Position numbers and translations under genes: made by a program. The notes beneath the pieces are model-generated. The model did not search any database, was not told the origin of the DNA, and saw only the letters and a program-made list of their open reading frames with translations. From Octopus sinensis (lineage: Eukaryota), in assembly GCF_006345805.1 (NCBI RefSeq), contig NW_021833647.1, positions 10,932 to 74,931 on the forward strand: 64,000 bases of DNA, read 5' to 3'. Shown piece by piece: positions 46,989 to 61,403 of this stretch; within the stretch, counting starts at the first letter, position 1, and each line of letters starts with the position of its first letter.

Positions 46989-49900
46989 TCATAATTTTAC
47001 AAAATCAAAATAGAAAATGATTCTGCAGTAAGCGAGAACATTTTTCAAGACAATCACAAATACTCTTTTTCGAAATATCCCCGAGATAAACATGTTTTCC
47101 AATGAACGTCTGAACTTAAAGAGAATAATACTTGGACGACCGGCTTGATTCTGATCTGTCACAAGACCCAAACACATTTTAATATTTTCAAATACATTCT
47201 GTGCCAATTGGCTCTCCAAAAAAACATCCCAAAACGACCTCTTATCAACAATGGAGAAAAGAATATCAAAAGCAGTCAAAATCTAAGACATTAACCAGTC
47301 ACTTCATACGGCTTCCAATTTTTCCAACACAAACAACCGGAAGTCATCACTTTGGAGAGAAATAACGACGCTGCACAACAATCCTCCCAAGTGTTCAAAG
47401 AACTGAGGCAGTAAAGACGGCATTGGAGCATCCAACAACTATACTAATCAAAAGAAATACACCAATTCGACATTCTCCTTGCAAAAAGTGCAAAACTCCT
47501 TGTTCAGTAAACACATATTATCGGGATTGAGTACAGCAATCAGGTAGTTGTAGAAAGAAACGGACTCAATCTTATGAATTAACAAGTAAACCTACCAATT
47601 CTGGTTGTTTACTGACCAGGCTACTCCAAAATGTCGCGAATGGGAAATAATGGACTCCTATACTTTCCAATGACACACAAACAGCTAACAATTAGCCAAA
47701 CTAATTATCAGACCAAGCTTAACGACTGTGCTTTGGGCAGAGAAATCTGTCAGCAGCCTCAACACAAAGTCATAGTATGGGTAATAAAAGAATTTGCACA
47801 TATCCTCGGGGTGATTATTCTGTAATAGACCAACAAGATAAACTAACAAATTCGTCGGTAGATCGACTAAATATCATCCCAAACGTCGGAACTGGCAAGT
47901 TTGTCCTCTTCTTTGGCTCAGGACCGGAATAAAGTAAAAATTCATCACGCCGGTTGTGGAGATCCAGAAGTAACTTAGCGAGATAATCAACAAATTCAAT
48001 TTGGTACAAATCAACAACATGCTGCAACATTTCTAGAATGTAAAAAATGCAATACCGAGTGTGGATGATCGGATTGTGGCAGAAGTATACCCACTGAGTA
48101 GGTTAACGCACATTGCGACTAAATTCTGATCCCCGCGAAACAAAATATCCATATAATCCTCATCTGTAAATATCAAAATGTGGAACAAACCGCAAAAGTC
48201 TACCATTTCCTTGATTACAACAAGTGAATCAGAAAACAGAGAAATTATCTTTAGCAACCCCTCAGCCTCGCCGGATTTAGAGTGAAAGTACACGTCCCTG
48301 GCGTCACTAAACATCTGAAGATGAAAAATCTGAGACAAACCTTAAAAATCTTCATTAGGCCTCCATTATTCAAAAACAACTTGAGATTCGCGTTCGTAGT
48401 GAAGAGAATATCGGAAAATCTATTATTCTGCACAACCGAGGACACCTTATAAACATAGCCCACACTTGCTTTGAGGCATATATAGGCAGGATGGTGGTGG
48501 TCATGTAAATTATAAATTCATTAAATTGGCAACTGTCAGTGCATTGTTGAGGATAGTCAACAGTTAGTAGAATCACGAGATAACATAGTTCGTCAATGGC
48601 CTGGATCAGATCAATTCATCAAACCTCAGGATATGACATGAGAGGGACAATTATCTGGTAAAGTAACCGAACTGCCATTGATTGAGCCAACAACACAGCC
48701 ACAGTCTCAGATTTCTCGGCAAAAAGCAACAATAGTCGACAATAGCGGTGAATAAAAAACAAATTAAACTCGACTTGATTCGAGTCATCCTCGTTAATTC
48801 TACGAATAATCACGAAGAGTGGACAGAATGTTGCATTGGTCAATAGTGGTGCAGAGCAAAGGACACTGGAGAGCACGAATGACATTAGTCGGACAATCAG
48901 TGCAAATATGCACCCAATACACCACGATTGCACATTTGGAGTAGTCACAGGGCATTTCAGAGTGGAATATATCAGGATATAATAAATCATATAATATAGT
49001 TGTATATTCCGTGGACTACATATTGAATATAATCCATACCATTTCCTTCTCTACTCTCGTCACTGAGAAATAGGTGAGCAGATTAAAGTAATAAAACAAA
49101 AACTCGTAATTGGTTTCTACAAATTAGACATTCGTACTACTCGATATGTTTTTCACGAATTGCATGTATTGGACAAGATTTGTCAAAATTGTATGCAGTG
49201 ACAAAATACATTCCTGAGGAAGGGCAGTCGAATACGAACACATTTCTTCGTAATTGAACTGCGATATGAACTCGGGACACCCCACGAGAGTAACCAGACA
49301 CCTCGCAGTCACTACTCAATCAGAAACACAACCAATACATTGCACAACAGTAATATTCTCGTGGGAAAGACAATGTTCAATCACAAAACCACTATTCTTC
49401 ACTACAAAATCCGTCAAACTGACAAATTTGTTCCCGTGAATATTGATCCACTTAATCACCTGAATTGGGTTAGCCCTGAGACAGTCAAGTAGATTGGGAA
49501 TGACAACTTCATCCACCATATTTTTATCAAATTCTAGACTAATTATAACCAATTAACCCGATAGATAAGTAATGAAAGAAAACACATCGAAAATATACGA
49601 TCGGAGTCCCTTCACAAATCCGTCCAACATATTCTTAGTCAAATCCCAAACGGCGGGAAGCTTTTTGACCAGCAAAACAAAAATATCCGCCACGATCTCC
49701 AGGTTCTGTCCCGTCTTGATCAGGGTTGACAAAAAAGTACTCTCCTAAGTAGACAAGTCAGAAAGCCCAATACATTCAAATCGGATGCCAAGCGCTGGAC
49801 AGCCTGAGTAGTTATACATTCCGCGTTGTCTTTGAATGTCATGAATATTAATTTAATCATAATAGTCAGAGTTTCGTTCACACAGGCAACAACTTCCTCG

Positions 49901-52900
49901 GTGACTTGACTCTGTCGTGATAAAATGGGAGACATACAATCCTTTCCTCCAACGCTGCGTGATAAAATGAATAATATTTTATTAGAGCTGGCATCAAGTC
50001 TAATCTGAGGAACAAAAGGGTTAAGCCATCCTCATGTGCAATTCTGTACACAAGACATATCAAATTGGATAAATTGGGACTTGTCATATCAATCAGATCA
50101 ATCTACAGCACATAAACAAGCAAGAGAACTGTAATAATAAAAAACTTGACAAGTCCATTTTCCTGATTAAGTTCATTACTGGAATTAGTATAAAGAAGGC
50201 AACCTCTGATTGTAAAACTGTGAGCGTTGTCTTGGAATAAGAAATAAAATAATATTCGATATAAATTCAACAAATGTCTAGAGGGTGAAAAGAGAAATCA
50301 ACTTGTCGAATATGTCCAACATTGCAATAGACCGAATGTCTGGCGATCCACCTCGGAACAGATACAAAATAATCGAAAAACGACTAAAAATCTGCAAACA
50401 ACCCCACCTCGGCTATACGTGGATTGGTAGAATATGCATTTTGCACTTTTAGACAAAAATGAAGCAAATAATGTTCAGCAGTCGAATGTGTCAAAATGTC
50501 AAAAAGAAATGAAACAAAGACTGGGCTGACACAGGAGGAGTAGTTTGTTTGATTCTGCAATGGAGGAGAAAAACAAATTTTCTCAACAAAACTAGCAGAT
50601 TTAAATAAATGAACTGACAGAAAGTAATCGTGTTCGAATAACAATACTTCTCTATCCAGCACTTTATTATCATTCCAAACGAACTAGAAAGGTATGAAAA
50701 GTTCAACCTCCACCAAATCAGAATATTGTCTATTTTCTGTTGGAGGATCCGTTAGAACAAGAGCATCAACGGATTGACCGACTTTCTTATAGAAAAGCAT
50801 ATAAGCGTTGTTGCCCTAAGAGTGGAGGATTAAGCCAACTTTAATAGCGGAGCCTCCCATTCCCCCATAACACTCATTAGGAATGTCATTAGGGTTGAAA
50901 ATGGTCACTGTTGAGTCGTTGAATGAATACCACTGAAAGGGGTGAGTCAATTCTTTGATAAAGCAGTAGTAGTGGCCCGCTTCCGAATTCCCAGAATGAA
51001 CAGTAACCCCTATCAATTCAAATTGAATGTCTTCACACGTCCCTATCTGATCTGACAAATAAACAGAAAGCCCAACCCTCTAAAAGATTTGATTGCATGT
51101 ATTTGGACATGTCCAGAATGAGGGGGAAGGAGAAATGACTGTTAATCTTTTTTCGACTCATATTCGTCACGTCGAATGCATATCGCATCGTGTTTATACA
51201 CAAAATGTTTGGCAGTCGTTGGAAACAGGCTCTCTTCTGAGCTCGTACTTTTTTATCACACGGATCACACGTGTACATATTAGCGCCCTCCAACATGTCT
51301 ACTTGAGTAAACTTGTCCAGTGATTGCTAATTGTAGTAGATTATTATACATATAAGTTTTCGACATCCATGACCTGACATTCAATGTTATAAAACTCTTC
51401 ATGCCGAATACTCACGTGAGGACAGTCCTAAGCAAATAGAGTACTCGACACAACCAGCGATACGATCGAATTGGAAATGGTCCCGCAAAACATTTTCTTG
51501 ACACATTCGTTCTAATTTAGTTAATATCGACGTACCAGAGATGGGCACATGCATTCCATTTTTGTCAGGAGGTCGTTGAATATCTCAGTCATATCCTTCG
51601 GGTCGTACACATTCAGGGGCATATTCTCGTATATATAAGCCTTACATAAATTGACAATATTACAAGACTTTCTCCAACTCTCCTGCCAAATTTCCAATAA
51701 AACTGACCTCTAAAATTACAAACGTCCTCTGCAAATCTCGGAACAAAGCATAATATTTATTTACTGGCGCAACGGACGCCGCATAAATAGCATTTCTGAT
51801 GGCGGGAATCATAAACAAATGCTGCAACGTCGAGGCCAGATAACACGTCGACCCAGAATTATCAATTCCCGAATATGGGACTACTCTCCTTTGCTGTTGG
51901 TCAGAACATATCCCCCAAAGTGTCGAAGGACATGCTAAGCAGTGAGAGCTAACACGTAACCTGGATCATTATGAATTGACCTGAGTTTATCACACACTGT
52001 TGCAAAGAAATCGCCACTCTTAGGAATCTGCCAAGCCAGGAGAGTGAAGGCAAGCAGACGACTTGACCTACTTCTGCATTTTGGAACATTTTTGACGTCT
52101 TTTGTGGGAAAAGTAAAGACCAGTTCCATTAGTCTTGAAATAAATTCCTATTTTTCGTATTTAAAAAAGACCTTCGAGCTGAATCAATCTTCAAAATGGA
52201 GATGTTTAATTAATTTGCAAGCCAAACCGAGAAGATGGGCAAGTCGGGGATCTTCTTCAGCATAGACTGAAGCCGTAAAGTCCATCTCCATGAGTGTATT
52301 AACCACTTTAAAAGAAAGATCCGAATATTCCAGTAATACATCCATAGCCTATAATAAATATAGTGAATGATGCCTTCAATTCCGGAATAAGTTTGTCAAA
52401 AAAGAAAAAATAGCTTGTACAGGAGCTTGTGCATCTCTCCGCGGAAGACATGTCAGTATTCTCGATAGTATACAACTGTGTTCAATAATAATAAGTTATA
52501 CAATTTCCGGCCGGTCTTCCAAAACAATTTCCCATGAATTGACCAAACTGTCGAAAATAGCAGTCAGCCAACAGTTATTCTTTTTCCTTGCATCCTCCAA
52601 CGCCAAATAATATAAATAAAACGCCCAGTCGACGCTGTCGTAATTCTACCAATTCACCCAACCCTCAACCTTCACCAAAACTTGTACAAATCGCTCAAAT
52701 GAAGGATCATTGGGGAAAATAGTGACGACTGGATGATACCGTTCACCTGAAGTGAGTACCATTACCATCATTTTTAGGGCCAGGGAAGAGACGGAAGCAC
52801 AGTGTTCCCACTCATCAGTCCTAGTGATAATCCACATCGATGTACTTCTTTTTCAAAAGATAATAGACAATTTCGGCCATTCTCTGAATGAACTGTTCCC

Positions 52901-55900
52901 TGTCGTGATCATCGATTAGACTCTATTATATCATTTCCAAATAAAGAACCGCCAGTTCAAGATGAGTAAATAAAACAATGTTCTCCTCACTGTCTTGGCT
53001 TGGTTCTTTATTCGACACAAACATGGCTGAAATCAAAATCTCCACGACTGGCAACAAGTAAGACAGAACCTCAAGTGACCACTAAAACTCAGGCAAATGT
53101 CCCAACATTATCAAATTGGTCCATCGATGGTCGTAGTTCAATACAACTCAATAAGCCCATTAACAGAGTTGAGAAAGACCCCGTCTTTATTATTCCGTTT
53201 CTTACTACACTTGCTTGTCGTTGATTGTCAATTGGAATAGCCTGCAGTAAATAAATCATTCTGAGGAGGTGATTTGGGTTCAGTATTTCTTTCCAATGGG
53301 CAATGCAGTGATATTTTAGATCATTCATTTCTTTAACAAACATCCTTGTCGACTCAGCAGTGGGCAAGGACACACAAAACATCCACATTTTCCGGGATAA
53401 GACATAGGCCTGTTTGTGACAATTACACTCCGTCTTAATTAATTAATCTAATTCGCAACTGATTTGGCAAATTTGGAAATAATGGCGATCAAGTCGATTA
53501 ATTGGTCGATTCGATCCCCCGAAGTTATCAAGGCTAATGGATTCTTATCCTTCGGGATTTCCGGCAGACAGGAAGTGGGAACTTTGTCCATTGAGAGGGA
53601 TTCCCAGTCAAAACTCCCAATAAATGGGGAAATAGTGATTATCTAAAGTCAGAATCAAGCGCAACCTCATCATGGAGTAGACCGAGATCCTTGATTGTCT
53701 TGTCGTCATCAGAGAAAGGGATTTGACACCCTTTTATGTTCAAAACAAATAATCTATTAGACAAAATTGTTCTGACAGTTCTTGCAACGGACGCTTAAAT
53801 CTAATTGAGGACAACACAACCAATTCTGGACGAGGACATTGAGTGCTCATATGAATTGCACAAATTAATTATATCTGCTCTCAATTCCCCCACCGTGGCC
53901 GTGACTGGAATCATAACCGTGGCCTATTCTCATTTGGGGAGGGGAACCCTGGCGTAGTGATTATCATATTGCAATCTCAGCCTGATTGTAGGACTCTTGA
54001 CGGAGACGGCAGGCATCCAATGACTTTTATAGTCAATTTCCTCCTTCAAGTCGATCAATTTCAACTGGTAGGCGTATCTTCTCTTAAACAGGTTCAAATG
54101 TTCATCGAGCAATGCGACTAGCCGCCCAACTTTGTCAAATTTCTCCAAATTAAAATTGCAGTTGCAGACTGGTGAATTGGCCTACTCATTTAAGGGTGAA
54201 TGGACACTCACAAATTCGAACTCATTGAGAGCGTCCATTATCCTCGTCACGAAGACCTCCTCCCACTCGAGTGAACCACGGCCGTCTATAATGGAATAAG
54301 CAAATCAACAGCTCAGGTAAATATCACTCAGAATAGCATTCGCCTGCAACCAATCATGATTATTCACAGAGTAAAGGGCGACATTCCACAAAGCATACAC
54401 AATCTTGTCAAACTAACCAAAATACACCAAACAAGTCACTTCTGGAGGCACCGTCGAGATCAAAATGCGTTGACATAACAAATTGATCAGACTTAGTGCG
54501 GGCTGAGTCATTTCCTCAATTCCAAGACACGAAAGCTTTAATAAGTTAGCAAATCAACATTGTCTCTAAAGAAGTCAAGGGTCTCGTTGTCAAACAGAGA
54601 GGACGCAGAGATCATCTGGGCATGTATCCAGTCCAAGAAAACATTAAATGCATTTTTATTTATGCGAACTATTTCCCACGTGATTTTGATAAGATTAGTG
54701 AGACCTAAATTGAGGCATCACATCTACCAGCACTCCGAACATCCAAACAGGAGAACAAATCGCTGATAAATTTAAAGTGCGTTGTAATCAATTCAGAGGA
54801 ATTCCCCCCAAAATCACTGACCATTTCCAATAAGTCCCCGAGGAAGCATTGCGTGAAGTCGAGGTCATTCTCAATCCACCTATTTTGGACAACACGGGCA
54901 AACTCGATGGCGTATTTGCGGAAGGGGAGAGAAAAGGACTGGACAAGTCGAGGAATGGCCTGAATGGCGACAGACTTGCATCTAAATTAATAAAACACGA
55001 AAAGTAACCGACTGTGGAAAGGAAATATCTGGACACATTCCCGAATGTAATAAAGTCGGAGTATTGTGTTGGGGGATTGTGATAGTAACTCCACCAAGTG
55101 GTCGAGGGAGACTTGAAATAGATCGGGGGTAGTCGAGGGCTGTATTACGTAATAGACATATACTACATCTAATACTATTTTCCATAAAATATTGTTGGAA
55201 GGTAGAAAAGACAAGTGCAACTTATCAAAGTGTCGATCTGAGTAATGAGGAGGAGAGAGTACCAATTTTGGATATGTTCAAACGTCCTTTCTCGGGCGAG
55301 TCGGGACAATCCCCTCCAGGCATACTCTAAAGTTATTGGAGGACATAATCACATCTGACTGGACTGGCTGAGTGAGCCCATTCTCCTCCTCATCAGACAA
55401 GCAGACATCACTCCAACCTTCCACTTAATAAACACACACAACTAGTTCTCGTCTCCGCCGGCGTACTTATAACATGAGCACTACTATCGCACCTCTTTTT
55501 GGGCTGCGACACATTCCCCCTCAGCTTTCTCTTCTGATCACTACAAATCTTGAATAATTTGGATTGTTCACCAGAAAATCAGATTCATTGGAGTCGGATT
55601 GGATGGCGTGCTGCCAGAGAATTGTGGTGAGGGAGGCAATAAGATTTATGCTCTACGCACATCAGGGGGATGAATACAGTGAGGGTGAATAGGCCGACAC
55701 TCCCCAAACACTTGTAGAGATGTTGGGCCACCTCAATGCTCATTATTTTGTGGAATTTGTGAAGAAGGTTGTATATTTCTTTATTCCAGGTGGAGAACTA
55801 AGTCAGTCAAATTGGAGTACTTTGAGTGCCTCGATCAACATGTCGACATGGGTTGTGGTGAACTGCCCGAAATGGATGAGAAATTGGAGGACTACTTCAG

Positions 55901-56699
55901 ACTGGTCGACAATCTGGAGAATAAAAGACATGGTAACTTGAGAATGAGAATCGGGACTGAATATAATTCGAATGAGAGCAATTTGGTGAATCCAGTGAGC
56001 AAGGAGGAAGGACTGTTCGGGAGAAGTGGCATGGGCGATCATTGCCTGGGAATGAAGAAAGAAAGAACGTGGATGAAAGAAAAGGCATCGAGCTTGACAG
56101 TGAGGGAATGGTCTGCCAGCATCCGTCGAACAAGATTGAACACAATCGGGTCGTAAATGGGGTGGACTTGGAGCCACGAAGAGAGACAGTCGAGGAGTTG
56201 GTGGGCAGCCAGATTGGGGACATTTTTGAGGTCACCGTCCGTGAGATTGCGGAGGAAATGAAGGACAGAGGTGTTGATAGCGGAGACTTGAGGGCGGAAG
56301 GAAGGGGGGATGGACTGGCTGGCCTATTAGTAGTGAATGTGGGCAGACATTGACGAAAATGAGGGTTGCCTGAATGAGGAAATCAAAATGGAAGGCGGCA
56401 GTGTGGAAAGTGTCGAAAAGAGTGGCAATGGCGTGGAGGCCACCAGAGTGGGCGAACAAAGCAGAACGAGCAGGAATGACATTGTCCAATTCCTATTGCC
56501 TAAGTGCATTATCCAATACCTGGTAACGTCTTGCGTAATCGTACACACTCATATTCTCATTCAGCATTGACCCAACCATCAACAACATGGCATTCACCTC
56601 CACGCCCCCACACTCCTCCCAAGTCACCAGCCCCTCCTCCCCCACCACTGGCACTTTCAGTGGGGGCAGGGGGCATTTCTCTTGTTTGCTCGAATCCAC
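46989..56699 (-). CDS. USP34: Large ubiquitin carboxyl-terminal hydrolase, USP34-like, with many tiny introns
   Basis: Cys box GIDNSGSTCYLASTLQHLFMIP (about 51.8 kb); LEGANMYTC..C.KKVRAQKRACF..LP.IL..NTMRY; His box GVTVHSGNSEAGHYY; WYSFNDS; NAYMLFY; flanked by long armadillo-like minus-strand exons; example introns at 51512-51535 and 51683-51707. Ends approximate. Confidence 0.85.
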
Positions 56700-57442
56700 C
56701 TCAGAGAACTGTGATAACTCACTTTACACACATTCCGCAGGAGAGGCAGGAGGGACAGAAATTCGACCGTCATTATTATTATATTCTCGTATAGTTTCAC
56801 TACTTTATTCCAACATTCCACTTTTCCTAACAATTTTGAGCACTCGCATTTCCTTCCAATTAACCACCCAATTACTCATGATCCCTCAAACGGGAGTATT
56901 TTATCAGAATTATCACGTCACTCATTTCTAGTCTGAAATACTCGTCCGGACCATTAAATTTGGGCTCGTCTATCAAATATCGATGTGTTGGATTACATTT
57001 ATCTATCATTTGGGCTACTCTAACGCAGAAGAGTGTCATTCCGGTATATCAAGGCCCACAATACTTTATAAATTTTATTTATTTAATTCTGAGATAACTT
57101 TATTTTAATATATTATAAATAACTCATTCATGTCTTTGAACGGAATATTTATATTCAATTTCTAAATTTCAAATGATTCTCAATCAAATTTCATCAAATA
57201 GTTCAATGTGTCAAAATCCACATGAAAATAACTGATGTCAATAATGAGCCTCAAAGTTGTCATCAACGACACGAATCACATCAATAAACATTTCTTCGTA
57301 GAAATACTTTCAGTCCAATCGAGTCGATTTGTGTCCGAGCGATCAATTCGAGGACTAATATAATACGACGTAGAGTACATAGCCAAGTACGGAAAACGAT
57401 TGGCAAAATTGACTAATGACATTCAAGAATGCTTGAATCACA

Positions 57443-60311
57443 ATGCCAGGAAGTGACCTCAAAGTCAACGACCGAATATCCGAAGTTTCAGTAGATTATG
57501 TCGGACGAGGTAATACGGCGGCAGTCACATTGAATGATCTGCAAAGTCGAATCCAATTTATAGATGACAGTTGGCCACGATTTAATCATTTTTTACATTT
57601 TGATCAGTTCTCGTTGTGCCACTTGCAGGGTCTGTCGCCCAGGCAGCTCATTTCGGCAGGGTAAGAGGCGGAGGTTTTCATATTTTGTACAAAATCAGAG
57701 TTTTGGAGGATATTTTATAATCAACGGAATTGAGCGGTGTGTTCGAATTCTGTCCCTCGCCGAAACTATGTTTTGTGGAAATACTATTTTCAGGCAATGG
57801 CTCTCAAACGGAGGAACTGGAAACAACGTGGAGACCACTACACGGGGTCACCATGCGGTGTGTGGGACTCAACGAAATGCCAGCAGTTGCCTTTCCCTGA
57901 CATTCCCAGCACATGACGTTGCACTATCTGAAGAACTGTTGCACGACACTGTCGATTATGTGTGGAAGAAAGCTGTATTTGATTCCCTTTATGATAGTCG
58001 TGAAGGTGATGTGTTGGTAGGGGTTGGACGAATTGGGGGATGCTCAGTTGTTCAGAGGGATAATGGGTGGAGGACAGTTCTTTCGTGGCGAATTGTGCCA
58101 CAATCATGATGAGGAGACTACACGTGGATAAATTGTACACGAAGGCACAAATCAGGGACTATTTGGGAGGGCTTTTTCGTGATCAGGGAAGTTTTCCCGA
58201 TTGGTATTCGAACGAGGAAATAACGGAGAGAATATTGAGGGAATCCGTGTGTGTTCATCTCCGAACGGACACTGAGAAGGTGAACTGTATTTCCATCGGC
58301 CTCCTCAAGGGGGAGTGTGTGGAGGAAAATCCTGACTCGATTGCCAACCAAGAAGTGATTCTGTCTGGAAGTATGTTTTCGATCGTCCTCCAAGTCTGAC
58401 ATTCAAGTCAGCTGATAGGAAAGACTGAAATTGTGGCTTCAGGGGATTATAAAGACAATTGTCTATTCGTATGAGAAGACGGGGGATGAAGACATCAAGA
58501 AATTGCTCAACTCGGCAATCAGTCGTTCCTCCAACCCAATCTCGACCATAAACTATCTGCTCTCTACTGTGAACATTAGCGTATTCAGTGCCCACGAAAT
58601 TCAGCAGACCTTTGGATTGAGTGTGATTGATGACAGAATCAATTCCTACATTGAAATGAAGACCACTCAGATCAGGAAGATGAGGCCGGAGACTTGGGAT
58701 TGTTTCACTTGCCTACTTTAGGCTTCCTTTGTTGTGTTCAGACTCCTGACGGGCCGTCCTGTGGGTTGGTTAACCATTTGACTACTCTGGCTAATGTATG
58801 GCCGCGTGTGTATTGATAGATTGTGAATGACTACACTGATCATCACAACTTGGGGCGTGTTCTGTGTTCATATAGAGTGAATCCTACTGACGGTCCTCTG
58901 GAGGTGTGGAGGCGTATTGTGTGCTCCTTGATGGGGGAGTGGTGGGATATATTGACTGTCCCAATGTGCATAGTTTTAATAACAACTTGAGGATGTTAAA
59001 TACACAAAATAAAGTTGTTTTCTTTATGACATTCAGATTCCCAAACACTCAGAAATAGTTTTTGTTGAGAAGCCCAAATCGAGGGAGTTGTACTCGAACA
59101 GTCAATTCCCCGTAGTGTACATATTCACTTCCTCCTGTTGATTTGTTCGACCTGTCTTCAACGTGTTGTGTCGGGCGGAGGAGTTGGTTGGTTCATTCGA
59201 GCAAGTTTACCTCCAAATTCTGTTAAAATCCAAAACCGTTTGTTGTCATCGTTTAATTTCACTAAAGGAAGATCTTCTCGAGAGTGGAGAATTGGATGAC
59301 AGTTCTGTTCTCAGTCTGAATGCTTCCTTGACTCCGTTCTCTGAATTCAATCCAAGTCCCCGAAATATCCACCAATGCACGTTGTCTATGTTTTATAATG
59401 AGTTGCACGTGTGAAACAGACGAGGGCATATCCCTGTCAGAATATTGAGGACTGAGATCAAACAATAAAATGGTGTCAACTGCACTGTGAAATCTCGGTG
59501 GGTGACACATTTGCTAAGATTAGGGCCTCCCGTGGTTGGAGACAAGGTTGCGAGTAGACATTCCCAGAAAGGAGTGGTGGGCTGCTGATTATGAACCCTG
59601 AGGAAGGATATGCCCTTTTCAGAGTCGGGCATGGTTCCCGATATGCTTTTCAATCCTCAGGGAATTCCGTCTAGGATGACAATGGGGAATCTGGTTGAAC
59701 TCATTGCGGGCAAGGCTGTCAATGGTCTTTTCCAGGAGGCGAGCACGTTCAAATACGCAGGACGGGAAAACACGGTGGACTGTTTTGGAAGGCTGTTAGA
59801 ACAGGGTTGTATATTTGTGAGAGTAATATCCGTGTTTAACTACTATGGTTGGGAAAAGTTGTACAGTGGGGTTAGTTGTGAAATGGAGGCACAGATATTC
59901 CAGGACTTCGTGTATTACCAACGACTGCGGCATATGGTCATGGATAAGATACAGGTCGTCACTTTTAGTTTAGTCAAGGTTCGTTCAACTGGGACAGTCG
60001 ACGCTCTGACGAGACAGCTCATCAAAGGGAGACGGCGACATGGCGGGATCAGGTTCGGAGAGATGGAACGGGATGCTCTGTTGGCGCACGGGACTGCCTT
60101 CACACTGCAGGACAGATTATTTACTTATTCAGATCGGACTCCTGTATTGCATTTGTCTTATTCTAGATGGAATTCTGTTCTTCATGTGGCTCCCTTCTGT
60201 CGACCATACGCGAGAAGGGGAGTGTTTTGGAGAATGGATTCGAGGTGGAGGAGGAGTGTTGGACGTGTTTTCATGTGTGTCTTGGGTTACAAGGTAACAA
60301 TCAGCACGTGA
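57443..60311 (+). pseudogene. POLR1B: RNA polymerase I second-largest subunit (RPA2), internally deleted and containing stops
   Basis: [90 protein letters not shown]; the region between SPRN..QC and GDK..SRH is far too short. Confidence 0.85.
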
Positions 60312-61403
60312 TATTTATGTGAACAATATTGAGTTTTTAGAAATTTAAGAATTAGAGTAGTTATATTCACTATTTCTTTGTTTTGTTGAAGAGGGAGGAA
60401 TACGTCTTTCCAATACAATAAAATGCAGACTGCAATGATTGAAATATGACCCATCTGAGAGCCATCGAATATTTTTTCTCTGACGCACGACTTGAATGTG
60501 TGTGGAACATTGTTTAGAGAAGATGTAGCGATCCATTCCTTCGTTTTAATAGTTTGAAGTTTAGTTGTAGAACATGCAATTTCGCAACGGATTTAAGACA
60601 ATTCATCATTTAACAATACACAATAATGAATATTTAATTAAAGTTGGAATTTTCATTTAAAATATTTTTTCCTTTCCTTGTTTAGGAATTTAAAATATAG
60701 TTTCCTCTCCTCTTATAAAGCCCTTCTGGTATTTAGTGACCCCTATTTATCACAAATGGAATAACGGGTGCATCATCCTAATTCGTTTGCTATGAGATCA
60801 TGGTTCCTCCACTCCACGGTTTCCAAATGATTTCTTCGTTAAATGAGTTTGTTATCCTAAATAAACTGGGGTATCCACGTTAATCTATTCCTACAAGTTC
60901 ACAGACGCGGATTTAACTCGACAGGTTCAGAATTTTCTGAGCCGTTTCAAACCGTATTTGTTAAAAATAGGAAAGATATCACCAAGGGCTGTCGGTTTTA
61001 ATTTCGTCGGTTTTAAACAGTGAAAGTACAGGAATGTAGACATGCTGTCGCTCTGTAATATATCCTAATTAGTTGCAGTGTAGATCAACGTTCTATCTGT
61101 CCATTACGAAGAGACTGCGCTTAAATTTTAATAGGTTGTTTTTTTGCACGTGCTATTGTCAAGATTTATTAGTCAAAATGGCCCAATGTCTTTACGCTTT
61201 TTGTATTAAAAAACTAGAGACTACAAGTTCTGAGATCTCGAACGTTCATAAAGTACAATGTTGTGGAAATAAACATGCGACTCATAATTTTATAAACAAA
61301 AATATTGGAAAATTTCAATGAATATATTCAAAGTGAACTGAAAAATTAATTTTGAAAATGTTCCAACTAATAAACAATTGAGTAAGTTTAAAATTTCATA
61401 ATA

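Noticed and set aside
55812-56931. Plus-strand ORFs opposite the USP34 5' region
   Set aside because: They look like antisense shadows of GC-richer minus-strand exons and have no recognisable motifs.
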